From the human T2T-CHM13v2.0 reference genome, Homo sapiens, in assembly GCF_009914755.1 (NCBI RefSeq), contig NC_060927.1: a stretch of DNA of 64,000 nucleotides. One strand, given 5' to 3'. The stretch's first letter is position 1; every line of letters begins with the position of its first letter. The notes beneath the pieces are model-generated. The model had not been told where the DNA came from, made no database searches, and was given only the letters and a program-made list of their open reading frames with translations. The translations under genes were made by a program, and so were the position numbers. Below, piece after piece: positions 42,450 through 55,859 of the stretch.

Positions 42450-42811
42450 TTTGCTCAGGATTCTAGAAACAGACTCTGAGATGGAGATGTATGTGCAGGA
42501 GTTTTGTCGGAGCAGGCACTAGGGAATGCAGAAGCCTCAGATAATCCTGCAGGAAGCTTGGGAGTTATGGACTGCGGAGTATTCAGAGTTCTCTTCCAAA
42601 TTGAGGCAAAGGGGCCAGGCCTTTGTAACCCCTGTATCAACCAGTCATTGAAGGAGAGAGTATTACCCTGGGAAAGGCAGCTCTCACCAGCCAGATGCAG
42701 TTCCCAGACAGGGATTTGGCTATGGCCATCAGTAGCCAACACTCTCAGCATGAGCAGATAAGTGTGTCAGTCCTGAAAGGGAATCTGACTGGAATTCACA
42801 GGTCCACTACA
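42450..42811 (-). mobile_element. LTR16-family ERVL LTR
   Basis: aaacagactctgagatggagat...ttgaggcaaaggggccaggcctttgta...accagtcattg...ccactaca. Confidence 0.7.
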
Positions 42812-42959
42812 TCCACCTTCCTCCTTCAGGGTAAAATAGAATAATCTTCCCAGCCACTGGCACCAACAAATGCCATGTGAAAGCCAGAAGGTAAGACCTG
42901 GAGGCAAGGCTCTGGCGTATTGCTTCTAACATTTAACACTGGGAACGGCAGTACTCTTT

Positions 42960-43505
42960 CTGAAGCACAGTTCTGGATACAATGCTACAATATTTAAAAA
43001 TCCTCAGGGGCTCCCAATTTTCTCCAAAATGATGTACAAACTCCTTAGCCTGGAATTCCAGGCCCTTTATCTTCTGTCCCAGACTACCTTTTCAGCTTAA
43101 CTCTCATTATCTCCTGCAAAACTCAATACTGAACAGTAGTCTCCAAGCAGTCTCCATAGTTTACCTCCTTCATGTCTTTATTGTTGGTTATTCCCTCTTC
43201 CTAGAAAAACCATATCTCCCATCTCCATACATCTAAATCTTATCCAACTTTCTTGATTCAGCCTAAATGCTTCCCCGGTTCTATCTAACTGGAAGTAATC
43301 TTTCTCTGATCTTGTAATAACATTGCTTTGCTGTGAATTATATTCGATTTCTCCCATATACTTAACCATAAACTCTTTGAAGGCAGGACTTAGGTCTCAT
43401 TAAGTGTCTTTTGTATCATAAATATTCATTTAATTTTTAATGTATTAATAGATGGATTGACAGATATATGGACATATGGGTGGACAGGAATATAGATGGA
43501 AGAAT
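42960..43505 (+). mobile_element. L2 3' fragment
   Basis: caaactccttagcctgg...taaactctttgaaggcaggact...(atgg)n-like tail. Confidence 0.7.
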
Positions 43506-44519
43506 GACAGGCTCAGGATAGATTCCTGCTATTGAGATGATGTCTTCACTGTCTTGTCTTCATTCTGTTCCTTAGCTCTGTGTATCCTATTTAATTTATG
43601 AATAAGAGGCAGATTGGTCTAAAAAGAACTAGGTTATATTTTCCATATTGAAATATTCAAATTGCTTACTGAGCACTGGAGGCAGTGGGGAATCACTGAG
43701 CCCCCTTTTCAAGCTTGTTACCACATTTGTGCATAAGAGGGAAATAGCATCTAAGTCCCATTTGAGCCTACCACAAAACAGCCCCTGAGCCAGCTGTTAT
43801 ATTTCAAGTGGTACCACTTGGAAGACTTCTTGAACTTCAGATGGTTATTAACAAAACAATATGCTGATCAGTTCCAAGACACTAAATCAGAGGCAATGAG
43901 TTTTGGCAGCTGCTTGGCTCATGAAAGGTGACACCCAATTAGAGAATACGGTCAACCCCAGTGTGTGCTTCCGACTTCCCACAGTATTTATAGATGCAGT
44001 CATGGATCTGACAGCCAAGGATCCCACTTGGAGACACAAACTCTTCCAGAAGCCATACTAATAACCACTTACTGTTGCGTGATGCTGCACTTCATCTGAG
44101 TCCTCACAATGACTCCAAGAGGTAGGGATGGAATGTATTCTCATCTTCTCTTGAAGCCTCAGAGAGAAAAGACTATCCCAGAATGGCATGTCAGTAAAGT
44201 TGGTGTAGCAGCAAGGCCACAAGTAAAACCCAGGCTTTGACTCCTTCTCAGCAGCAATCTCCTTGCTATGTGATCTCATCCATACCTTTGCCTCCAGGTC
44301 TACAAAGAAAAATTATCAAATATATAATAATTTATTAATAATTTATGCAAGTGACATCATAGCCATTTTTAGAATTTTAGCACAATGCCTCGTAATTATT
44401 CATAAAGCCTGATCTAGATTATTTCTGCAAAGTTTAATTTCAATCTCTTTTGTCCTATCCTCATCTATTTAATATCTTTTGGGAAGAGGGCAGGTTTTAA
44501 TTTTCAAAAGAGTAAGATG

Positions 44520-45850
<1,331 letters not shown>

Positions 45851-46439
45851 AATGAACGTTAAACAGACTCACAATTAAGAGAAGCTATGATGTGGGCCTA
45901 GCTTACGGTATGTGAGTTCTCTGGGCCAGGACAGACAGCTTGAGTACCAGGCAGGTACCCTGAGGATGTGCCATCACCACAGTGACCACAGACCTGAACT
46001 GGCTCTCTGCGGCTTTGTGGTCTGTATTTACGGCCCATCCATGCATCCTTGTGCCTTCCTGTCCCTAACTGGTGCCTGCACTGAACACTTGGGTCTTGTA
46101 TTGTGCTTAAATCCTTCACACCAGGCCTGAGGGTTCGGCCTAAGTAGTTTCAGCCTCTCAAGGGTCTTCTTAACTAAACTTTTCTGCTTCTCTGTGGCCT
46201 TCTGATCGACCCTCCCCAACCCTGCATGTCCCACAAGCTGTGGAGTTCCCCACTGCACATAGTACTTTATTAAAGGCTAGAAAATTAGGGATGTGAATGA
46301 CAATAGGATGGGCAACCAAGAGTGCTCATCAAGTCTCCTCCCTGAAGTTATTTAGAAACAAGAGCCTTCTTTGTTAAGATTTTTCAGAGGACAACTAACT
46401 AAGTGAGCCACATGGCATCTGGAAGGGGAGGGGAATGGA

Positions 46440-46650
46440 GTTGGCACTGGTTGAACCCCTACTCAGTGACTGTCATTGTGTTAGGGTTTTTGACACACAT
46501 TACCACATGAAATACTCACAATACTCCCTTGGTTAGGTCTAAATCTCTTTTAAGTGAGAGGTGACAGAGATTCCTAGGGTTAAGTAACCTGCCCAAAGTC
46601 ATAATGCTGGCAAGTTGCAGAGCCAGGATTTGAATTCAGCACGACCCTCC
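46440..46650 (-). mobile_element. MIR
   Basis: gttaagtaacctgcccaaagtca...gcagagccaggatttgaa. Confidence 0.75.
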
Positions 46651-47749
46651 AGCCTATTTCATCCCTGCTGCAGGCCTTTTCTAGCTTGGAAAGTCTAAAT
46701 CTACCAGGTTTTCATGCGATGCAATTATTGAATTACTTGTAGAATTTCATTCTTTTGAATGGTCTGTTTTGCAGCAACACACAGGAAAAAATTGTCACTC
46801 CACACAGCTTTGATTAGCAATATTAACACTCTTTTAGAAAACATAGATTACAGCAATGCAGGAAGCTGGCCCTGAAATTAAATTCAGGATGATAACTCAA
46901 GAATTTTAGATATAAGGGCAGAAAGAGGATGGAGGTCAGCTGGTCCTGGCTCCTGAAGAACCATCTCCACTCCCTGTTTTACATTTTGTCTGAACAGCTA
47001 CCTCCCAACTGAAGCACTTGTTTCTGCAGTAATACACCAAAGAGTCATTTTCTGCACTCTTGCCTAAAAGCTGACTTTTACAGAAGAATCATAGGTATAA
47101 TACAATATAGGTTTCCATTTGATATAACCAATCTTCCCTAAAGAAATTCTGCACTAAATTAAAATAGTGAGCACTATAACATAATATAAGCGCATAGTCT
47201 CTGGAGCTTAGTTACTAAGGTTCAAACCCAGATTCCATCACCACTTCCTAACCGTAACTTTCCTTAGCCTCAGTTTTATTCTTCGGAGAGTTTTAAGGAT
47301 TTAACCAGTTAATACATATAATACAGAGTAAATGATGTATTGTGATTTTGTTTAGTTTTGTTTTTCAAGGACAAGTGGAAACAAGATCATTGTGCAATAT
47401 GTTCCCAACCCAAGTGTTGGGTGCATAACATTCCCAAAGGACAGTTTTGAGCTTAGATTCTGCATTTCCTGTGTAATCCAGAACATCTCTATAACTTGCC
47501 ACATCTGACTCACTCTCAACTACTGAAACTTCTCAATGATCAGAGCTGAGCACTTGTGAAAATATGTGATAATAAGAATCTAGCAATTCATTTTCTGGAC
47601 ATTTTGTTTTTTGTTAATTTGACAAAGCCCCTTATTAACACTAGTTTACTATGTTCATTTCTACCTAGCAATTCTACTGGGGGTGATTCCCCTTGATTGG
47701 AGTAGTCTGGGAAAGGAAAAAAGAACTTTCCCAACATCCTAGAGGTATC

Positions 47750-48930
47750 CTATATTCATTTATTAACTGGTTCACCCATTCATTCAATGAATTATTTCTT
47801 GAGAAACCACTGATGCCCAGCTCTGAGCTGAGTTCTAAGGATTCAGTAGCAAGCCAAGCAGACATAGTCTCTGCCCTTATGGTGCCTATGGTAAGATATA
47901 TGACAAACAAGTAAACAAAGAATTAAACAATTATAAAAAGCACTACAAAGGAAACAGAAAGGGCTTATGACAGAGAATAATGAGAGGGAGCGAAACTACT
48001 TAGACAAGATGTTCAGAAAAGGCCTCTTTGAGAAGAAAATGCACTCTCATTTCCTGAACCCAAAAAAATAGAAGCCAGCTATGGCAGACACCACCATTTG
48101 CCTAATACATTTCACTTCTTCCTTATTTTGCTTATGTGCACAGCACAGTGTACCTAACTAAAACACGCATATCCCAGCTTTGGCCATTGAGGTATAAGCT
48201 ATAATTTCGGAGAAGGTGTTGCTTCCCTAATATAAGGACTGCCCTTTCTTGCTTCTCTTCAGCAACTTCTTTTATCTGAAATATGGATAAGATGGCTGGT
48301 GCTATGGGAGTCATCTTGCAAACAAAAGGGAAAAGCAAAAACAGGGATCTTTTCTCTCATATTTTTGAGCCAATGACCAAGGCAACCTCTTTTAGACTTC
48401 TAATTGAATGAAAAAGAAAAAAACCCTGTATATATGGAAGTACTGTCATCAGAATGTTCTGTTATTCATAGTCAAATGAAATCCCTCACTATTATACCAG
48501 CAACCACAGCACAGAAAGGGCATTTTGGGAGAAGAAATAACATGCCTGAAAACCTTAAAGCAGGAAAAAGCTTGGCATGTTTAAGGGTAGAAAGGCCAGT
48601 GTGGCTAGAGTACAGCAGGCATGGAGGAAAGTGAGAAGAGCTAAGGTTGGACATATAAGGGAAGGGTCAATTAAGCCTGCAGGCCAGGGTTAGGAGTTTG
48701 AATTTTATTAGAGGAGTGAATGACAGCCACTGGATGGCTGATATACACTCTACAAAGATCCTCTGCCTGCCTTGTGGTGAAGGACTTGGAGGCGGGCAGG
48801 AGGAGAAGTGGCGAGACAAGCCAGGGCCATTGCAGTTGTCCTGGGGAAAGAAGACATTGACGTAGGCAGGGACAAAGGCATTGGTGGTGGAGAAAACTAC
48901 ACTGAAATGGCAGTGTGGCAGCCAGTTTGA
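47750..48930 (-). mobile_element. L2 fragment interrupted by MLT1J
   Basis: cattcattcaa...aaggcctctttgagaag...| ...gaaaggccagtgtggctagag...aggagtttgaattttat. Confidence 0.7.
48080..48496 (+). mobile_element. MLT1J-like MaLR LTR
   Basis: gatggctggtgctatgggagtcatcttg...tagacttct...; 5-bp TSD ccagc (48075-48079 / 48497-48501). Confidence 0.65.
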
Positions 48931-49049
48931 GAGTAATTTGGCAAAAAAAAAAAAAAAATCAATACAATATGTGAAGAATTTAAGCATTGCTTGTTAATCA
49001 AGAGGATCAAACTACTTATTGCCACAGGCCAGGCAGGTGAAATAATATT

Positions 49050-49250
49050 AAATATAGCAGCTAACATTTATTTATGTGTTATGGTTGACAGACACTGTAT
49101 CATTAATCCTTGTAATGGCATTATAAGGTAGACATTATGATTATCCCCATATTACAAATGAGCAACTGAGTCATAATCAAGTAACTTGCTTGAAGTCAAA
49201 ATTTTTAATAACCTGGTGGAGGTGGGTTTCAAACCCAAGGCTATCTGATT
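49050..49250 (-). mobile_element. MIR
   Basis: agctaacatttatt...attatccccatattacaaatgagcaactgag...aagtaacttgc. Confidence 0.75.
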
Positions 49251-49419
49251 CCTTGATTCAAGACACAAGGGGCTTAGAAATTGCTCTTAGATGATTTTCT
49301 TTTCTTTGTATATGCTTACTATCACACATCAAAAGTCTCCACATCCTCCATTCATGGACTAGAATCCTTATCCTTGAGGGTGATGGAGGGAGGAAAGTCT
49401 ACATGTTCTGGAGAATAAA

Positions 49420-49585
49420 ACCTGGGCACATTTATTGAGACTTTATTACATGCCAGGTCCTCTACGTTTATTATATCCACTTTACAAGTTGGGAAACTAA
49501 ACTGCAGAGAGGTAATGTAACTTACCCAAAGTCACAAACCTAGTAAGATTCAACCCAGGCTGTCGGACAGGTTTAACCATTGCAC
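49420..49585 (-). mobile_element. MIR
   Basis: catttattgag...gaaactaaactgcagagaggtaatgtaacttacccaaagtcaca. Confidence 0.7.
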
Positions 49586-49849
49586 ATAACTGTCTCCTTC
49601 AGAGGAGTTTCTTCTCAGATTCAAAGTCTGAATCTTGCTCATTCTGCACAAAAGGTAACCTGAATGGTGTAAGGGCCCAAAGAGCTGCTGTTCCACTAAG
49701 CCAGAAACATCAAGCCAGTACTCACCTTGGGATCAGTGGTGGTGAACACATTGGGGCTGACAGATTGTTTCAGCTAAATGCAAATTCACTGAACTAAAAG
49801 CCCAACTAGGACCAAACCAAGCACAAAGATGGCCGCAAGACCGTGAATT

Positions 49850-50145
49850 AACTCTGCCTACTTCTAGTTCTCCTTAGTTATAGCTCAAATGTCACATCCT
49901 CAGAGATGCTATCCCTGCTGAGCTTAGCTAAAGTAATGCTCCCTTGCTCAGGTCACTGGCTACCCCACACCTTACTTATCCTTCCTCTTAGTGTTTTTAA
50001 CTCTAGAAAAATATCACTTTATCATTTATGTGTTTATTGTCTGTCTCCACCCATGAGAATGTAAGCTCCATTTTTCCCATGCCTAGAATGTCTGGCACAT
50101 GGTAGGCATTCAATAAATATTTGATGAATGAATGATTGAATAAAT
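49850..50145 (+). mobile_element. L2 3' end
   Basis: agctcaaatgtcac...tgtaagctcca...tggcacatggtaggcattcaataaatatttgatgaatgaatga. Confidence 0.8.
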
Positions 50146-51079
50146 TTGTTAATTTGCATTGGCATCTGGGGAAAACACTTCAAGCTCTAGACAAATACAC
50201 AGGTTTCTCTTCAACTTAAGCACCTGGGACAGTAGAAAGAGGGACAAATAGCTAAACTGATAGGATGGCATTAGAAAATGGCATCAGAAAATGGCATCAG
50301 GATTAATGCAGGTGGTCACTTTTTAAAAGCTCCTTCTTAGAAATGGTAGCCTTCTTCTATTCCCATGGGAGGTGGCACGACCCACTACAGGGCATTTAAG
50401 TATGCCAGTAGAAGCTCAATTTAGTAGTTCCCTAAATTGTAGTAGGTCGAAGCTACAAGGGAGCGAGACAGTGGTGGGAGGGCGCCCTGGGAGAGCGCAC
50501 TAAGGAGGAGGTGCAGTCCAGGGATGGTCCCCGTGACGCCCAGCAGTGACAGCAGGCAGAGCCCTAGGACCACAGTAGAGTGGCTGCTTGTGGCCCTCAC
50601 CTGTTGGTTTATTATTCTCATCAGCAGTAATGGAGGTTCCCCCAAGAGCCACACTCTCTAGCCTGCCTTTCAGTGTGGGCAGAGGCAGGAGAAATAGTAT
50701 GCATGGCTAGTGCTTTTTTGGATGTCTGCACCCCACTGGGAATCATTTCCATTTTGCTTCAAAATTTAAATAAATAAAAACACAAATAAACAAAACAGAA
50801 GCTCTCTGATGCGGATGAGAGAGTCATCCCTTGCTCATTTTTGTATTCCTAGAAAGAACATAAACCATACACGATCTTTTCCTGTTTTTTGGTACAGTTA
50901 TTGCAGGCTGGCTTTTCTCATTCTCTTTTGAATACCTCGAGCAGAACACCCCTCGTGTTGTTAATGACTTCAAAGATACCGGGTCCACTGTGCGGCAAGT
51001 GATAAAAATGTACACAGCATGTGTTGGATAAATTAATAAACTCTCCAGAGCCTCAGAGTCCTCTGGCCCAGCAGCACCG

Positions 51080-51250
51080 TAATGAAATGTTATTCTGAAG
51101 TGGAGGAGGTGGGAAGGAGAAGGGGAGCAGTATTTAATATATGCAAATTAACTAGTATGCAAATTGCCACTAAGTTAAAAATAACGGACTGCGAGAGAAA
51201 CCTATTTTTTAAGCAGCTTGTTTATTCATTAGCCTAATTTCCATTATCAA
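51080..51250. promoter_or_regulatory. Candidate POU/homeodomain enhancer
   Basis: ATGCAAAT at 51141 and 51157, TAATGAAAT at 51080, TAATGAATAA on the minus strand at 51222-51231, within repeat-free DNA; motif evidence only. Confidence 0.45.
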
Positions 51251-53639
51251 TCCTTCTGTTTTCTTTTTTATTAAGTACTCACATTTGGGGAAGTTTGCTT
51301 CCTACAATTTGTTTTGCTCCAAAATCCATAACACTGGTAAGAACAATCACCATACATTAGCTTTTCTTGGTCTCATTCTTGATTTTGCTCCTAGCTTTCA
51401 ATCCCTTTTTCTCTTTCTTTCTTCCTGCCCCTTTCCTTTTGCCGTTTTCTCCTATCACTTTCACTTGCCTTGTTTCTCTGGCACCTTTTGTTTCACTGCT
51501 GAATGCGACTCCATGAAGCATCAGGCAGGGGCGAAGAGAAGCCTCCTGTCCTATGAGGTCTGACTCCAGGGACCTGTTCTTCCAGCCACTCGCCCTCATA
51601 GGTGGACTCGGATGCAAAAGGCACCAAAATCCAGCTCCCCTGCACCTCAGGGCGTGTGCTACCATTATCCCTCTCCCAGCAACAGAAAAGCCAGAACAAT
51701 GCACGCCCTGATTCGGGTCTGTATATGGCCTGCTCTGTGTAGAGACAGACCTTACACAATGTTAAAGACAAATTGGCAGCCAAAATCCCCGTCTTTTGTC
51801 TCAAGAAGCATCTACCTTGCTATGAGAGAGCTCTGGTGCCCCCGAGAGGCCGAGAACGGTACCGATTGCTGGGCCGGTTATGGGGAAGGCAGGAGGCTGG
51901 AGTACAGCGTACACAAAGCCCTGGGCAGCAGCGTGTCCAGAGGGGAGATCCTGAAAGAAGGGGTGCCCTTGAGCAGCTGGGGAGGGGACTCAAGAGAACA
52001 TGCTTTGCCAAAGCTGCACATAGCTTGCAAGGCTAGTTTTTGTTTTAACCGTTGTCATTTTTCACAGGGTTTGTAATCACATAGTTATTACGAAGCATCA
52101 AAATTATTTTTTAACAAGAGGTTCTTGGTACATGGTGCTTAGCTGTAGCTGTGCAAAGCTGTTTGTGCCATTCCAGCTCCTAAGGGATGTGCATCTTAGA
52201 CACACAAGCACATACTCTGAGGGGCGGTATCTCCTGGTGTCCTAGAGAAGCTGTGGCTGAGACCCACGGTGGAGAATCTCAAGGCTCGCCCTGTCAGGAG
52301 CCCTGCTCCACAGCAGGCTGTGCTGCAAGTCAGCTGCAAGGGATTCAACATGAACACAAATTCCCAGAGCAAATAACTCTTAACTCCCTCTCCCTCCTGA
52401 GTTCCCTCAGTTGCTATTGCTTATAACTCTCCTGGGAGACACACTATGTCAGAATAGGAACCACATTTTTCAGGTTTCAGCTCAAGGTCAGAGCTCTGTC
52501 ATTCCCCTGCTAAAGTACCTATTACTCAGGGGCAATGATGTCAAATGTAAAAGGTCACACTTTGGCAGCTGCTAGGGATCGTCCACAGACAGGCGGTGGC
52601 TGGGGAATGAATTTGCACCAGTTCCTTAAACTCCAGCATGTACTGCAATCTCCCATTGCTCTTAGGGCTAAAAATGGTGTCAAAAGGCCAAAGACCTGAA
52701 AGAGGCAGATGATACCAGAAACAGTCACTGACACTAAGCTCAAGATGGAGTCAGAAAGATAAATCATTATTATTTAAGCTCTGCACGTTTTAATACATAC
52801 TCTCTTTGCAATATTTCCATAGAATGAGGAAATAAATCACCCTGCTCTTGACATTTTTAATAACTTTAAGAATGTGGTTAGGGTAATACTTAACTTTATT
52901 GACATATTGTATGGTTCATCTGTCTCATCAAACCTCAATGAAACTTCAATGAATATTAACTGAGGACCCCTAATGTATTAGGTACTGCCTGAAAAATCTC
53001 CCAAACAGTCCCTATCTGCCCTCCAGGAGTTCTAACTTATTGGCTTGACTCCTGTCTGTGGAAATCAATAGCCCACAGGGTAAGGTTTTATGGAGTTGGG
53101 GGTAGGGACTGTTCAGATTCTAGCTGGAGGATTTGGTTCACTGGGCATAGGAACACCTCTTCTTAGACTCTGGCTATTTGTCCTCAGGTTTAGATGCCTT
53201 TCTTGAGCAACACAGACATGATGAATGGGAAGAAGACAGACCCTAGTGCCATTCAACAACTATGCCTCAAAGATAGTAGATGCAGCCTACTGTCTGTGAT
53301 GTGTATGCGACATTGTTCTTCCTGGTCCCCTGCTTTCACAGAACAGAAGAGAGGCCTAGAGTGGACCTTAAACTCACCAAAGTCACATAACTAACTCTTT
53401 TATGGCAGAACAAGGAGTAATAACCAAGTGTCTTGATTTTCAGGCCAACTCCCTTTTCATTAGTAAATGATAATGGTGGTGTATTTTACAAACGGGTAGG
53501 GGAACAAAAGGAAAGGGGGTCAAATAATTCAAGTGCTGATAATGATAATATTTAACCCATTTCTCTAGGATTCGCTTTTTGTCACCTTGGATTCTCAAAG
53601 ACACAAGTTTTCTCTCTCACCCTCAGGAGTTTTTTGAGC

Positions 53640-54120
53640 TGGTGCCTTTGCAAGAATACTCTGATCTCCAATCTTGTTCTCCCAGCCATTCTTAGACATT
53701 CTCCAGGTCTTTGTTTGGATATCACTACCTCTAGTAAGCTTTGCCTTGTTCCTCACATCTGAGCTAGGTGCCCTCTATATATTTTCAAGGTCCCCACCCC
53801 CTGTCCTCCATCACAGCTCCTACCACACTTTATTGTAATTTTCTTTTACTTCTCTGCCTTCTTCAATATTCTGTGAACCCCTGGAGGAGAGGAACTATAT
53901 CTGTCTTGCTCAATCAAGATTATCTCTACAGACTCTAAAGTTGTAGAGTCTCTATAACTCTAAGAACGTGGTTATAGTCAACTTTACTGATATAGTGTAC
54001 AGTGCATCCATCTCATCAAACTTCAATTAAATCTCAGTGGCCATTAAACGAAGGCCTAGAATGTACAAGGCAGTGATGCCTGGCACAGAGTAGATGCTCA
54101 ATAAATATTTTAGAATGCAT
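53640..54120 (+). mobile_element. L2 3' end carrying a foreign insert
   Basis: cacactttattgtaatt...ctgtgaacccctggagg...tgtcttgctca [insert] tgcctggcacagagtagatgctcaataaatatt. Confidence 0.75.
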
Positions 54121-55859
54121 TAAGGAAGAGTGGAACATAGAACCTCATCAGGGAGAAAATGTCACTAGCCATTCCTGTCACAGAAGTATCCAATTTCTCC
54201 CTCCCCCCTGAATACATCCTTGGCTGCTAATCTGAGCATTCCAGAGTGAGACTTACACTGTCTGAGAAAACATGTTATAGGCTATGTAAAGATAAGAGAA
54301 AGGTACACACATTTGAATATGGTCCGTCTTATTTATAGGAGTAAACCTAACACTCAGGAAACACATCTTCTGGCTAGCAAAAGCCAAGGAAACAAGCAAA
54401 TATTGGACAGAGAAATAATTTTGCAGAAATATTGCAAAAATTGTTTAATATCTTTGCTACATAAAGAATTCATATAAATTGATTAAAAAATAAAAGAATA
54501 AAGTCCTCAATAGATAAGTAGGCAAGGGACATAAACAGAAAATTTCTATAAGGAAAGCCTTAACTAGCAAATAAAAATATATAAAAATATCCAACCTTGC
54601 CTGTTAAAACAATTGTGTGGTATAGGACCTGGATCCAGAGATAAGAAAGGGTCGGTTGCCCCTCTTACCCCGGCCTTACTCACTCACAGCAGGACTCGTT
54701 GTTGCTGCTGTATTTCAATGGGCAAGGTGAGGCATTGTTTGAGTATAAGCCCCCAGGTCCTTAATAGGCTAGGAGAGATGCAAAGAGCAACACAGTGAAC
54801 AGCACAAGAATGAGAATTCTGAACTGGTAGCCAATAGAGTGGGAGGAAGCTGGACAACAAGAAGAGGGATGCAACGGCACAGAGGTGGCTTTGCTTGTTC
54901 CAGGATGCAGTGCCTAATGTGGCTAGCCCACTGCCTGGCACATGACAAACACTAGAAAACTGTGGGACTAAAAATACAATATTGCACATGGAGGAGAAGG
55001 AGTCAAAAATATAAATGAATGTTTGAAACAAGGTAATATGTTTAAATATGACACAATCCCAGGGGCTTTATGATTTGCTGTGAAAGTGTGTTTTTGGCTT
55101 CTTGTTCAAACAGCTGCCATGTAGGGTTCCCTCTGGTGCATCCACCAGAAGGGAAATGAGATTCATTAATGTATAATATCAGCATGGCTCCTAGGTGCCT
55201 CACAAATTCAGACATGGGTCTGAGAAACAAAATGATAACAAAAATATGATTTACCCTATTAAATTTTCAGAAGTTAAAAATAAAGATAATATTTTATTGG
55301 TGCAGTATAAATATAAACACAACAATTTTTTGAAACTTTTTGAAAGCAGTCTGGCAATATCTATCAAGCACCATGTATCAATTAGTTATTGTGGCAAGAA
55401 CGTTGTGTAACAAATACATCAAGAGAGCCTGTAAAATCTGCAAGGAGTTACACATGTGTTTCTCTACCTGGGCAATGCGGAAAACAGGGTAACGCCAACC
55501 CACCAATGGGAGGCAGCTCAGTCACTGGGCTCCTTTTCTGAGCTCAAAGGGCAATGCATAGAGTTCAACTGAATTCTCATAATTGCACATTAAAAATTCA
55601 TTGAAAGGAACTTCATAGGGTCATAGAAGTGTTCTATATCTTGAATGCGGTTAAGCAGGTATGTTCACCTTTCAAAACTCATTAAAATAATCACCTAAAA
55701 TATGTTAATTTTATTGTATATAGCTTATTCCCCAATAAAGTTTATTTAAAAAATAAAACCCAGTTGAGAATCACTTTAACTTTAAAATTTGAATTATAGA
55801 AAACTGGTTTTATCTGAAAGCAGGCTGGAAAACTTAAGTTGAATCAAAAACTATAGTTG

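Noticed and set aside
51612-52076. 154-aa ORF next to the enhancer candidate
   Set aside because: No homology recognised; composition typical of non-coding translation
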